Part shown: in pieces, positions 15,560 through 15,585 of the stretch
Position numbering within the stretch: position 1 is the first letter of the stretch
Layout: every line of letters starts with the position of its first letter
Assembly: GCA_050012475.1 (NCBI GenBank)
Contig: JBEKHC010000111.1
Span: forward strand, 1 to 15,585
DNA length: 15,585 nucleotides
Reading direction: 5' to 3'
Origin: Candidatus Velthaea sp.
GTDB taxonomy: Bacteria > Vulcanimicrobiota > Vulcanimicrobiia > Vulcanimicrobiales > Vulcanimicrobiaceae
The notes under the pieces: model-generated
The model's input: the letters and a program-made list of their open reading frames with translations, nothing else
Database searches by the model: none
What the model was told of the DNA's origin: nothing
Made by a program: the position numbers and the translations under genes

Positions 15560-15585
15560 TTGAATACTAGCACCCGAATCCTCGC
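15560..15585 (+). CDS. Probable start of next gene (3'-truncated), MNTSTRIL...
   Basis: SD AAGGAG (15547-15552) 7 nt before TTG; frame open to the window end. Same CCAAGGAG context as xylB and the MDR gene. Confidence 0.5.

Noticed and set aside
1..15585. CRISPR arrays, tRNA/rRNA genes, transposases, phage or defence genes
   Set aside because: No periodic repeat-spacer pattern, cloverleaf or relevant protein motifs were seen; intergenic spaces are all under ~220 nt.

Overview
GC-rich bacterial window with 15 near-complete or complete CDSs and a probable 16th starting at the right edge. Left part (1-3871): housekeeping/detoxification-type genes, namely a 5'-truncated aldo/keto reductase, a MOSC/YiiM protein, a zinc-dependent nucleoside deaminase, a LysE exporter and an APH-like phosphotransferase. 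Main part (3960-15478): a divergent LacI-associated sugar/polyol catabolic locus. Leftward it runs lacI-family regulator, xylulokinase, Zn-dependent polyol dehydrogenase, SDR, ribulokinase-like FGGY kinase. Rightward it runs sugar ABC transporter (binding protein, permease, single-domain ATPase), aldose 1-epimerase, aldo/keto reductase. The most interesting signals are: (i) an enzyme set and cofactor fingerprints that fit an isomerase-free, fungal-style oxidoreductive pentose/pentitol route (a hypothesis, not shown); (ii) a ~110-bp element with 19-bp terminal inverted repeats on the binding-protein stop codon, resembling an IS630-type MITE; (iii) an ambiguous binding-protein start (strong SD before ACG) with a single-Arg Tat-like signal; (iv) a TTGACA promoter overlapped by a palindromic operator candidate. 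No rRNA, tRNA, CRISPR array or transposase was seen. All calls come from motif recognition only; no database searches were run.
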